The notes under the pieces were generated by a model, which saw only the letters and a list, made by a program, of their open reading frames with translations, was not told where the DNA came from and ran no database searches. A stretch of 43,322 nucleotides of DNA from Hydrurus foetidus (Eukaryota): contig UYFQ01000199.1 of assembly GCA_900617105.1 (NCBI GenBank), positions 1-43,322 of the forward strand. The letters run 5' to 3'. Each line of letters starts with the position of its first letter. Within the stretch, counting starts at the first letter, position 1. A program made the translations under genes and the position numbers. This document shows, piece after piece, positions 9,271 through 21,333 of this stretch.

Positions 9271-12209
9271 CGCTGCGACTTTGAAAGGGGATATCAATAT
9301 CAGAATCCAGCTTTACGATGTTCTTGGTAAGAATGGGAGAGCCGTGAATGTTGCAAGATACTAGATAATATGTGACGAGGTCAAAAAAGTTTGACATAAA
9401 ATTTCCGTTACTGCTTCATTGATGCCACTGGAAAAAATTAACGACATAAAGTGTTCATGAAGGTGCTATACTACATCTTCGTTTTGCGTTTTTAAAGACA
9501 AAATTAGCCGCCAGTAATGCACCATATCGCAGTCAAGGGCAGAAAATATAATGATTGAATTATCCATGGAAAAAGTGACGAGGTAGCAGTCGACTATGAC
9601 ATCTTTGTGAGCATTTTGAGTGTTGCAAGACCGTCACTAAGCATCTTTGTTTGCGGCAATATAGGCGACATCGACTATCTGATTATATTGAAACTTAATG
9701 TATGTAAGGACATGGGGCTGTGAGTGGAGAATATACTGTGCAGAGATGAGCGACAAAGACATCCTAAAAATAAAGCCAGGAGGCGAAAAGGTGAAAGTTT
9801 ATGGTGATTGTTTGAGATGGAGTTTCCCGTCGTTTCACACGCATCCAAACAGGTTTGGAGTAGTGCTGTAAGGGGCAAAGAATGTTTTATAAAGAGATTC
9901 TATACGTCGATAATGTGTTAGCAAGGTGGAGCGCTATATAGGCGAATTTTTTAGCATTTTGAATACACATTCCTAAAGATATAGACTTAAAGTCATACAC
10001 TAATTTGGTGTCAGATGCCAGTTGCAGTCTGATAGAGAGACCGGCCTCCAGAGCCCAAAGTGCAACGCTATACAGTCTACTACCTCCAAACGATTTTAAA
10101 TAACACGACTTAAAAAAGCATACAGTAAGATTTTGAACGATTGTTTTAATTATACACACTTTGATTATGAAATTATTTTTATTCGATAATATCTCTCTAT
10201 CTAGTAACGCCCATGTAGGAGGGGGGTCTTTGCACTATCTTAATAAAATTGTGTCGTAAAATCAATATTATTATCGGCTAGTGTTTCTCAGTTAGTATGT
10301 TTTTCCCGTAAGTATGTAGACAGATCATATACAGAATTCTAGAGGCAACACATCTTTGTGACAGGGGATATTAAGCGCGGTCAAATTTGAACATTCAGTT
10401 CAACAATCTATCGCTCTTTTATCGCGATCGTTATAGCTGTCTGGTACTGGTATATTGCTACTGGCGCCACTGCCGCTACTGTACTGGCTCTGCTGATGGC
10501 GCTACTAATTGCGCTAATATTTGCACTGCTACTATCATTGACTTTATTACTATTATCTGTCATAACCTTCCATTGAGCATATCCAATAATCATTCTGTTG
10601 AGAACATCGTAGTGTTCAATGAAATTGGAAATTGTCAATCATCATAAAATTTAGGTTTGACATCGTAACAGTAACTTCTATAGAGTAAGTGATTTTGCAA
10701 CTCGAAGTACTTTCTGTTTGTTTAGTCTCCTAGAAATTTTCGAATGATATTCTTTCGTCAAGAAGCTTTCTGATTACAAAATGATGTACGTGATACTGAA
10801 CCTTTTCTCGATGCATTTTTGGCTAAAATTATAATCATTTAAGTAATAAGAAGAAGTCGTCCGCATATACTGATCTACTATCTCTTCAATGGCAACAGAG
10901 GTCCCATCACGTTTACTGTTGATAAAGTCGTTGTGTATTGAAGCGGATGTCATGACTTACCGGTTTTATTCTTGAATTTTATAACAGCTGCATAATACAA
11001 ACAGTCGCAAGCTACTGAGTAAAGTAAACTCATTAGTTCTTCCACTTAACCACACAAGTATCTCATATAGAACATGATTCCTCTTAGGCAATATGATTTT
11101 AATCGGATCTATTTATTGCATTTATTGGTTTCGAAGTAAGTTTTAGATTCTCACAATTTTGGAGAAAAATATCAGCATCAGCACTTTTCAAAAAATACTC
11201 GTGTATGGCCCTTTCTATTGAGGAACTTCCAAATGATGGCTCTATGAGCTTTTGTCTCCTACTTCCAATCCGAATCACATGTATTATGAAGTCAAAGCAT
11301 GACAAAATAAATTTCTCTTCGACAAAAGACAGGCACCACCCAATCTACAAAGACAGTTTCTTTACACAGTCTTCACGATGACGGGATCTTAGGCATCCCA
11401 TCCAAAAAATAAAATCTGCGCCAGTCCCTTGAAACATGGATGAAAATTAGGACAAGATGTCCCTTGTATATTTTGAAGTCGACGATCACCAACGATATGA
11501 TCAGTGCAGCTCCCATTTCTTGCTGTGTCCTTTGAAGAAATCTCCAGTCCGTGATTGATTTCTAGTTCGCGAAGATACGAAAGTTGCGGTGTCTAGAGAA
11601 TTGTGTTAAAGTGTTACATGCAGTCCATTTTTTAATTACAGAATACAGTCTATGCTAGCGAATCACATACAGTCAATTTATTTGCGGTACAGGTGTTTGT
11701 GTTCGTATCAAGTAATGTTTCGGATGATAATGGGTGTTCGCTGCATTTGTGATACACTTGTGCATAGCAGACATCTGCTCCCCTCTGAATAACGAACAAT
11801 TTTGTACCGGGCGAATCATGATTTGACGTAAACTTTTGTCTACAGAAGAGGATTTAAGTTGCGAGACAGGAAAGAAAAAAGAAAAACACATGATGTTAAG
11901 AGGGAAAGTGATTCCAGACCGGCTAAGTCAAAGATGATTTCCCAAAGGAGCTGGAGGTGCAAGCTCATCATCTCACAGTCGCAGGAGAATAAATTTGCGG
12001 TATGAAATTTGCCGGTGACTCCACAATTTTCTCCGGCTGATTAACATTAAGTTCTGACATGTCATCTTACCGTCATCAGAATGCAGTAATGCCGTTGCAA
12101 AATTGTTGCCGAGTATATCGTATTTAGCTTGGATGCTGAAGTTCATACATAATCAACACCTATCATGTTCATTCCATTTAATTCAGAGAGCCCTACATCA
12201 TCGCAATGT

Positions 12210-12629
12210 TCAGAACAGTTTCCTCTCCGACTCCTCAATCTCAGCATCATTGATGCTTGCATACCTTCGTTGCATTAAACCATTCACATCGAATTCCCAC
12301 ATTTCATTGCCATATGCACGGAACCATTGTCCACTTGAATTATGAAATTCATACTCAAAGCGGACACCAATCTTGTTATCAGTGAAACTCCAAAGCTCCT
12401 TCTTCAATCGATAGTCAAGCTCTGTTTCCCATTTCTTCGTTAGAAAAGCCTTGATCTCATCCCGTCCATTGAGAAACTGGGTTCTGTTTCTCCATTCGGA
12501 ATCAATTGTGTAGGCCGTGGATACTTTCTCTGCATCTTTTGTGTTCCAAGCATTTTCTGCGTATTGGACTTTTTGCAAAGCAGTTTCGAGAGAGAATGGC
12601 GGAAGTGGAAGTCTCTGCTCAGCTGACAT
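12210..12629 (-). CDS. DUF1348 (SnoaL/NTF2-like) family protein
   Basis: [57 protein letters not shown] and RRYASIND are characteristic of DUF1348. Intronless. Confidence 0.93.
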   Translation of the reverse strand: MSAEQRLPLPPFSLETALQKVQYAENAWNTKDAEKVSTAYTIDSEWRNRTQFLNGRDEIKAFLTKKWETELDYRLKKELWSFTDNKIGVRFEYEFHNSSGQWFRAYGNEMWEFDVNGLMQRRYASINDAEIEESERKLF

Positions 12630-13658
12630 TGCGAGGTCTCGAGATTATCTCTGGACAGTTGGAGTTGTTGAATCAACGTCACTAGGATATCATATTATGT
12701 GAGATGTGAGAGTTCAAAGCAGACGCTCGCTGTGACCGCTGAAGAACGAAGTACCCAGAACTGGGAACTGCTGGGAACCTTCCGTCATCGAAGTTTTTAG
12801 TTGCAGTAACTTTCCACTTCTTGCTTTTTACTTCTTACATCATTGCCTATTTGAGTCTACATCATGCTATCGAATCTCGAATTTCCATCTGCTACTCTCA
12901 CTACCTCTTCGCTTTTAACGTCTTCATTTGAGAGGGTCTGTTCCGTTCTTTCCCTACCTCTAATCAAGCCACGGAATGTTCTGTTGTACACAAGCAACAA
13001 TGCGACACTGTATCTATTATGTAGTAACATGAGATGAAATCAAATAACGGCTTGTGGGCAATCGAAAGCGAGCATCGAGATGCTGCGGTCAGAGGATGCT
13101 CACGAGAATCTAATTCCCAGCGGGGGGCTCGATTACGTGACTTTGTGAACAATCTTGTTGTGAAATCCACTCAGCGAGGCCGTAGAAGAGTATCTTCTAT
13201 CTATTTGACCCCCTAGCAGAATCAGGATGATTTTAATTGATGGACCAGTGTAGCTTCATCTCGCGTGTTTTCAATGTGTATCTCAGATTGAAGAAACGAA
13301 TTACGGACGAGTTAGGAGAGATAAAAGGTACTTGCAGAAAGAAGAGAGATAGGTTAATGCAAGAAGATATCATTCTTTTATCCCGCTGCTACTGTCCAGT
13401 CGAGTCTACACGTAGTGATGCTCCCCAGTACCCTGGTACCCTGCTATTCTAATTCGAAGGATCGAGACATCTCTCCCTCTGTTTGCTCTCATGATGATGC
13501 TGACAGGGAAGGGAGTCGAACTGCTGAGTCACCCCTACCATTGCTGTCACCTAATACCTTCAGCAGTCATCCAATCAACTCCGTTCCAATGTGATCTAGA
13601 TGCGCCTCTCTCCACTTCATCTAGTTGATTGGGCTGACTGAACAGACGGATTGGACTT

Positions 13659-16600
13659 CTATTGGATGTCTGTGAGAAAGGCGTCTATGTGCCTGCCAAC
13701 GAGGTCTTGCTCTATGAGGAACCCATCATGACCGTCCCCAGTCTTCAGCACGTGGAAAACACTCCCAGGTATGCCGGCATGCAACTGCACGAACATTGAG
13801 AGCAGTTTGGAGTTGAGTTAGATGTACCTGATGAAAATACTGTATATTTCTAGTTCTGTATGGCAAAGTCATCAATACATAAATATGCACCTCCTCTTGT
13901 TCGTGCAGCGGATACAGCAGGTCGGAGTCCATGCCTATAATCATGAATGGACACTTGATGCTCTTCAAGGCTGTTTGCACTCCTCCTGTTGGAGAGAGAG
14001 AAAGAGAGCAGCAGGAGGTTAGGAAGTTATAAAGCGAGGGGAATGAGATCTCTTGCCGATTGGGATGTAGAGATGGGCGATGATGGCAGTGAACACAGGG
14101 ATAAAAGGGAAGAGAAGAAAGGAGAAGAAAGAAAAGACAAGAAAGGAGAAGAGAGGAAGTCTCACCTCTCCCGTGTCCTATGTTGTGTGCGTCCATCTGC
14201 TCCGTTATCTTCACGTACGTGACAGGGTCAAATCGTTTCACAAACTTTAGGCCCTGAAAAGATCGAAAGTATTTGAGATCAGAATGTTTCTCAAGAATAC
14301 TCCGGGTCGCAGAAAGTTAAAAGCAGTGCGGCAATTCAGCAAAGCTAGTTCGCTCAGTTACGTGACAGATAGAGTGCCGTATCTGATGATGATAATATCT
14401 TCTCATCGCATGCTAGAGCTCATAATGCGCCTGAATTACATCACATGTAGGCACCTGATAGGAGAGATAGTTCTTGGCCTGGAAGACACCTGCACCATCC
14501 TTGCCACGTCCGAACTTTCCTTCGTACCCCTTGGCAGTGCGATACGTCACCATGGCGATTTGTCTCGCCACTGAGAGACCAGCTAGAGGTGGATCGCTAT
14601 ATTAAGATGAAGGTCATAGGATGGACTGCGTTAGGAATGGCGAAATGCAAGTGATCAAAGTTAAGTGAGGTGTCATGGATGATGATGACGACGTCAGATA
14701 TATTCGGATGATGACATACTTCATGTCCACATCTCCGTTGTTCCACTTCGGATCTGCATAAATGGCTTGTCTCTGCGTCTCACTAATGGCGATCTGCCAC
14801 GCTGTGTGCGCTGCACCGCACCCTGCAAGAAATCGAGTGAACAAGACATCAGATCAATCTCTGCAACCCACTTCCAGTCATTCTTCACGAGATGATCTGC
14901 ATTCTTGTGATCTCAATTTTTAGCATTTGTTCATAGGCGTTTTGAGTTTCGATGTCGTTCATCAAAGCGGCTAGCACTCCTTTCCTCCACTTTACTTCCT
15001 TCTACGACACTTCCCCTCATTTCACTTACCTATAGATACAGCTGACTGCACATAGTCGTCTTCGTTACACAGAAGAGCCCACTCAAGCGCCTGCATGCCT
15101 CCTATCACACACAACAAACACATACACGCGTATGATGATTTCGGATTAAGTCGTCTTGATCATGATATGAGGATGCATAGAAGGCGGAGAGGAGAGTGTC
15201 TAAAGTGTACTTTCTAAGATGAGAGTTCTGCTGCACGACCAAGAGAAGAGGAAAGAGAAGGAGAGAAGAGAAGAGAAGAGAAGAGAGAGAAGAGAAGAGA
15301 AGAGAAGAGAAGAGAAGAGAAGAGAGAGAGAAGAAAAGGAGAGTGATGATATGAGGAGGTGATGAATAGAAGGGTAGGGGAAACGCGTTGATCGAAGACT
15401 CTTCCTTCCCTCCCCCTCCTTCCTGACAGAATGAAGATGTTGGAAATAATGCTTCTCCCTCAGTCGCTTGTGGACAAAGTCACATCGCATTACATCACAT
15501 CACACTGCATTAAGTCACATTGTATTATATGACATGACATGGCATGGCATCTTGTCACATCGCATCACATCACAAGAGTCACTCGGAGCGGTTCTCACTC
15601 ACTCACTCACCCATGGACCCCCCAACAACACTCGCCACCTTCTTAGCTCCGATACCGTGTCTGGCCATCATGATGTGCAGCCGCACAGAATCTCTAATTG
15701 TGACCTGCAAATAGCGATTGCGACACTGATTATGATCGGGATGCGATAAGTGATGGACTAATCTGGGTCCACAAACATGCTGTGGGACTTTTAGTTACTG
15801 TTTACTATACGCTACAGAGGAATCATTCTGATGCTGAGGAACATCTTCATGAGCATAAGTTAACAGAAGATACCTGTGGGAAGTTGTTGCCATACTGCTC
15901 TCCTGTTTTTGGATCTATGCTCTGAGGGCCCGTACTCCCATAGCAGGACCCGAGCACGTTCGCACACACGACCATGTACTTCGAAGTGTCGAAGGACTTC
16001 CCAGGGCCTGAGATCAGCGGAACAGAGGTGGAGGGTGTGAATGTTCTGTTTGCTTGCTTGTAGCACTCGAAGTGGAGATCAGTTACAATTATGGAGTGGT
16101 CATGGTGTTCGACAGTCTCTCACCTAACATGGTGCCCCACCACTGATCGAGTTTCGAATTCCCAGTGAGCGCGTGGCAAACCACCAGCAAGTTATCCTTC
16201 GCCTCATTCAGTTCGCCGTAAGTATTGTAGCGCGCCTATTCCAGTGAGATCAAATAGTGGACACGTTTAATTGATTACAGGCGTCGATCACAGCAAATCG
16301 GTGAAACCATCACTTCATCTGCACTTCTATTCGGGCGGGAAATATAAATCTACGACTTCAGATTTTCAAGTGATTTACTGCGTACAAAAGGGAGTCTGCT
16401 ACAGGATATCGTTGTCTGTTCCGCAGCAACGGCCGAAATCGATGATTTTGGTAGATATCTTGAGAGATGTTTCATGCGTCAGGAGTGATGATTTTAGCAC
16501 CAGTTGTGAAAACAAAGAATTCTTCACGTACATGTGCCTCTAAAAGAACTTCGCCTGATTCTAAGACAAAGTTTTTCGCTACATAAGTCTCGCCAGAGCA

Positions 16601-16774
16601 ATCCATGTCGCCGTATTCGTCCTTCATCTCGTTAGTCTTACTTGAAGTTGACGGAGGATGCAGATGTATCCTCTCCGTCGCTGTGGAGGTCATACCGCGA
16701 ACGGCTCTTTTGGCAAGATGATTGTAGCGGGCTGCAGAAACTCCAGTGATCAAAGAGCGGCAAGTACTTAACAT
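13659..16774 (-). CDS. MET2: Homoserine O-acetyltransferase (MetX/Met2, alpha/beta hydrolase), ~10 exons
   Basis: Hand-spliced at GT-AG sites: CHALTGNS (exon 16235-16124), [12 protein letters not shown] (16007-15874), nucleophile [28 protein letters not shown] and GHDGFLIE. Stop TAG at 13661-13659. Confidence 0.92.
15241..15340. repeat. (AAGAG)n pentanucleotide microsatellite in a MET2 intron
   Basis: Direct reading of the sequence. Confidence 0.9.
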
Positions 16775-18079
16775 TTATCTAGCAAAGTTTCCCAACGACA
16801 GAAATCAAAGATAGATCATGACTGCCCGCAGCGATTATTAAGAAGCAGATTCCTGAGAGAACGTTGATCAGATATCAACAACAATCTTGACTTTCGCAAA
16901 GGAGCCCACCGAGCCTTTCTCGATCTATCTGGAATGAACTGATAAGTTGATGCCTTGACTGGTGGACATAGAAGTCGGGAGTGCAAGATCGAGATGTGTC
17001 AGTAACCCCCCGTTAAGGATATGATCCCCACAGGGAGCATTCACGACGATCAGTCTATATCAACTGCTTTTCGCTACAGTATTACAGTCGGAAGGTCCTA
17101 CAGACGACAATTTAATATTATGGGGGAATTGCGATCTCTATCAAACGTTTTGCACTGTGAAAAAAAGATTTCTGACCATAGACATCTGTTCGTCTCAGCT
17201 AAGAGAAAAAAACTGTATGGATCAAAATGTTTTTTTCACCTTCCAGCGAGAGTTAATAGAGGTCAAAGTTGAGTGGTGGCGAATCTCGCGGGATTAGTAT
17301 GGTGAAAGATCAAGACGTACCAGTTAGAACAGTTAGAACGTACAAATAGTGCAGCTGAACAGTGGGTTAACAGTGTCTTTATCCGCTTTTTCCGAGATTT
17401 TATCCGGTTTCATCTACACTAACTTTCTTTTTTCTCGTGGGACTTTTGTCGGCTATGGGACATTCCGACTGTACTCCTGTTTTTATTTTACGTTTTACGT
17501 CAGGGGGCAGTCATCTGATTTTTTACGAATGATGACAGAAAAGTTATGGCAGTACCTGATGTCAAAGAAAATTTCCACATCAAACGCAATATCGGCAACT
17601 AAATGCGAATTCCTTTTTGAATATATGCACTGCGAATTGTTTCTCACGAAGAATGTTCAATCCCATAAGAGAGGTAATTCTATGCCATCGGATCTCTCCG
17701 GCTTATTTAATTTGGAGCCAGTCAATATCAATTTGCAACGCGATATCATTTAGAGATCTAAATTGGGTCGATACATAGGAAGAGAGATGTTAAACTCCGA
17801 CTTCCAACCGTGACTGCATTCAGTACAGCGCGTTACGAGACATTCAATACATCAGTGATTTTGCTACATAATGCAACGAATTTGCTGGTTAGAAATAACT
17901 GTACAATGGCACAGAATAAAATAATGAAATGGGCCGACCTAAGTAGTTAAGAAATAAATCTGAGGTAGTTACCCACGCAAAGGGGGTCTGAATGTGTCTA
18001 CAGCTATGAGGCTGATAATGCCCTGTAATGTACAGCTGACTAAATAAAGATGAGGAAATATAAAGTGCATTACACCAGC

Positions 18080-20554
18080 TCAGCACAGGATTTTAATGTC
18101 CACTATGTCGCGCATGCCTTGTGCCTCAAGGCGACCAATGATGCTGTCAACTCCGAACTGAGAACTGTCCACATCGTCATCAACCAGCTCTGTTGGGATA
18201 ATGATTGAGAGGGGTTATAATTTGACAGAATAGAGTAGAATAGCCCAGAATAGCCCAGAATAGAATAGAATAGAACAGAACAGAATAGAATGAAATGGGA
18301 TAGAATAGAACAGAATAGAACAGAACAGAATAGAATGAAATGGGATAGAATAGAACAGAACAGAATAGAATAGAATGAAATGGGATAGAATAGAACAGAA
18401 TAGAATAGAACAGAACAGAATAGAATAGAATAGAATAGAATAGAATAGAATAGAATAGAATAGAATAGAATAGAATAGAATAGAATAGAATAGAATAGGA
18501 GAAGAATAGAGTGGAGAAGAATAGAACAGAATAGAATGAAGTAAAATAGAGCAAAATAGGACAGAATTACGTAGAGTAGAATAAAACAGATTCAAATGGA
18601 ATTTGACCTCAATGTAGTGGATTGAATTGAATTGAATTGAATTGAATTGAATAGGTAGGGTTCAGATGAAGTGACAGAATGTAAAGGTGAAGATTGAGAG
18701 CATGCTTGTGTCCTACGTCTTCGTGTTGTGCTGGAGATACACACACTAACTGTACAATACAGAACACAGTGTGTACAGAATACTGCAGAATACAGAATAT
18801 CTGTGCTCACCTACGACTTCTTCTCCTCCACTAGCGTGCACCACAAGAACTCTTCTCGCAGTGGGATGGGTGGTGTGCAGCTTGTGCGACATGCGAGAGG
18901 TGGCGTTAGGGGAGGGCTTGAGGGCGTTGCGGATCAAGAGTTCGAAGTGATCGTCATCATCCACTGCGAGACTGATTCCTACATGATGCGTTTCAACGTA
19001 ACGTCCAAATCAATGCTAAGCAGTGATCAGAGAAAGGAAGTCATTCAATGCGGTGCAATGCGATATTTTTCTTTTCTTTTCTGACCTTTGAAGTAGTCCA
19101 GGAACTCAACCCATGACACCTGACGGTCAGCCGAATGGCCACCTAATCAATTGCAACGCGTGATTTTAGCAGTCGAATTTATGGATAGACACCAAGTTAT
19201 GGAGATAAGGAAGATCAAACGTGAAGTGGGAGTCATTTATATTCTAAATGTTAACAGTTGGAAGTGAAGGAGAAGAAATGAAACGAAGTGGATTCAATAG
19301 AAACAATATGAGCAATGAAAAGGAAAGAAATGATACACTTACCTCCGAAATGCTGGTACATCTCATTCCTAGCTTGCTCAGCGGTCATTGATCGACCTGA
19401 AACACTTGGGTGCACATTGAAATCAAAATTCTGCACAATATCTTCGATAAGAACGAAACCTGAGAATATGGAAAGACACCGGAATATGAAGAAAGTAACG
19501 TCAGAATTTATCGGGAAATCCCAATTTGACAAAGAAGAGGTGGAGTGCTTTCATCACCTACCGACATCATATTGATCTAGACGTTCGAATACGGAGAGAA
19601 CAACTTGTTTCCTATCAAGGGGCATGCCGCACTGATGATATTCGAAAGTTAGGAAGTCAGAGACGTCAGACAATATCTGGCCACCTTGCTAACGCAGAGC
19701 ACAGACCAATATTTACCTTCAAGTATCGCACCAGCTCCAGAATAAGGAACTTTATTCATAAAGAAAAACGATTTTAGTTGACTAGTAGTTTTTTAATTGC
19801 GAGATAACAAGGTCAAAGTGTTAACATCATTCCACTTACCCGACTGTTCCCTTCAATATCAAATTTCTCGTACAAAATATCCCACTCTCGACTTGAAATG
19901 TTTAATATCCTCATATCTTTGCATAAGTTGAGTAGTCCCTCCCTCGTTACGAATCCTTCGACATCAATTTTCATGTTTCATGTTACTTAAATTACACAAA
20001 CTCCTCACACAGGTAGCCTCTACCTATTCCTCTTCAAAATAGCCCACCAGAATTCCATACAGTTACTTCTTCTATTCACCTGAGTCAATCCCATCCATGT
20101 TGTTCACCTTATTAGTGAATATCAGAAGGCCGCTGGCGCCTCCAACGGCAACGATAGATGACATCATTTTGTACACTACTTCGCGGGATCCCTTATCCAA
20201 CGAAATGGACTGCTTGCTCAACCCATACAAGCTTAGGGAGAACTCCTTGTAATCAATGAAACCGGTCAAAGAGTCATCGTATCTATTGAAAAGAGCTTCA
20301 ACTTCACGTTGCACGCCAATAAGATTGAACTTTGTCATGGCCTGGAAGAATTCTTGAAAGCTGAGTGAGCCTCTTCCAGAAGAGTCAAAGAATTGGAGCT
20401 GTTGCCTCATCATTCGTGATTGTGGGACAGCCTCAGCGAAACCTGAGTTGACCTCGATTCTCACTTTCAATCGTTTCTCAAGATCATCGATTTTTTCCTC
20501 GATAAAAATTTGTTTAATGCGGCTACTGCCGTTGACATTCCCTCTCGCATGCAT
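18080..20554 (-). CDS. Calcyphosin-like multi-EF-hand protein, multi-exon
   Basis: EF loops DSSGRGSLSFQEF and DDSLTGFIDYKEF; HPSV.GRSMT; VSWVEFLDYF; MDDDDHFELLIRNA; RRVLVVH. Last exon LVDDD...RLEAQGMRDIVDIKILC* ends at 18080. Confidence 0.82.
18226..18540. repeat. (TAGAA)n pentanucleotide microsatellite, intronic
   Basis: About 60 units of TAGAA/CAGAA, with a higher-order ATGAAATGGGA insert occurring three times. Confidence 0.97.
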
Positions 20555-21333
20555 TGCTCCCGATCAGTTGGTTTTGTCTCGTAGACAAATGTGTTAATGT
20601 GATATTGTCTCCGATCTGATCTCAACTCCTGTTCCTTGAAGCTTTCAGTCGCAGAAAAGTGTGTAACCGCGGACCGGAACTTGCTCCTAATATCATACCG
20701 TACTGTCCGGCTAATCCTTTCATCCAGTTGCCATCACGATTCATTTGGGAAAAATTAGATCTAGGATCCTAAGGACCCATTGAGCCCCAGGCAAATATGC
20801 ATTTGAGACTGTGCTTCATTCATTCTGATCTAAATCGTGGACAGAATGTTTCAATAACGATTTTATTTTTGAAGATTGACCTTCACTTTCAATTACATAC
20901 AGTCAGTTATCAATCGCAAGTGTCAAATACTCCCGAGATTCTGTGTTATGTATGAAAAACAAGGATCAATGAAATGTGCAAAATGTGACATGAAACATAT
21001 ATATGATTCAGAAAATTGAAAACGCAGAAATGTGAGAAGTATGGCTGATTTTCACAGAAATTTTCATAAGATTTCTTCACGAAAAATTAAGTGTCGATAA
21101 TTGATTGCTGCTGTAGAATATTTACACTGGAGAAATTGCGAGATGTTGTACATATTCTTTACAGATAAGAATGGACAATAAATCTCAAGATGACTGCTAT
21201 GTTTTACAATGAATGAGAAAATGAGAGGGAGATACATCCTCCTTATGAAGCGACTAGCTACGAGCCATTACATCATGTACGTACACACGTATCTGCAGTA
21301 TTGTCTATGCCTCTATTCTATTCTACAAATCTC

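Noticed and set aside
10400..11310. Short minus-strand ORFs with a GTAAGT donor, possibly a decayed gene
   Set aside because: Interrupted by stops and no recognisable domain.
15200..15490. Ser/Leu-rich 96-aa ORF
   Set aside because: Translation of the intronic AAGAG repeat.
18180..18595. ORFs with (YSILF)n repeats
   Set aside because: Translation of the intronic TAGAA microsatellite.
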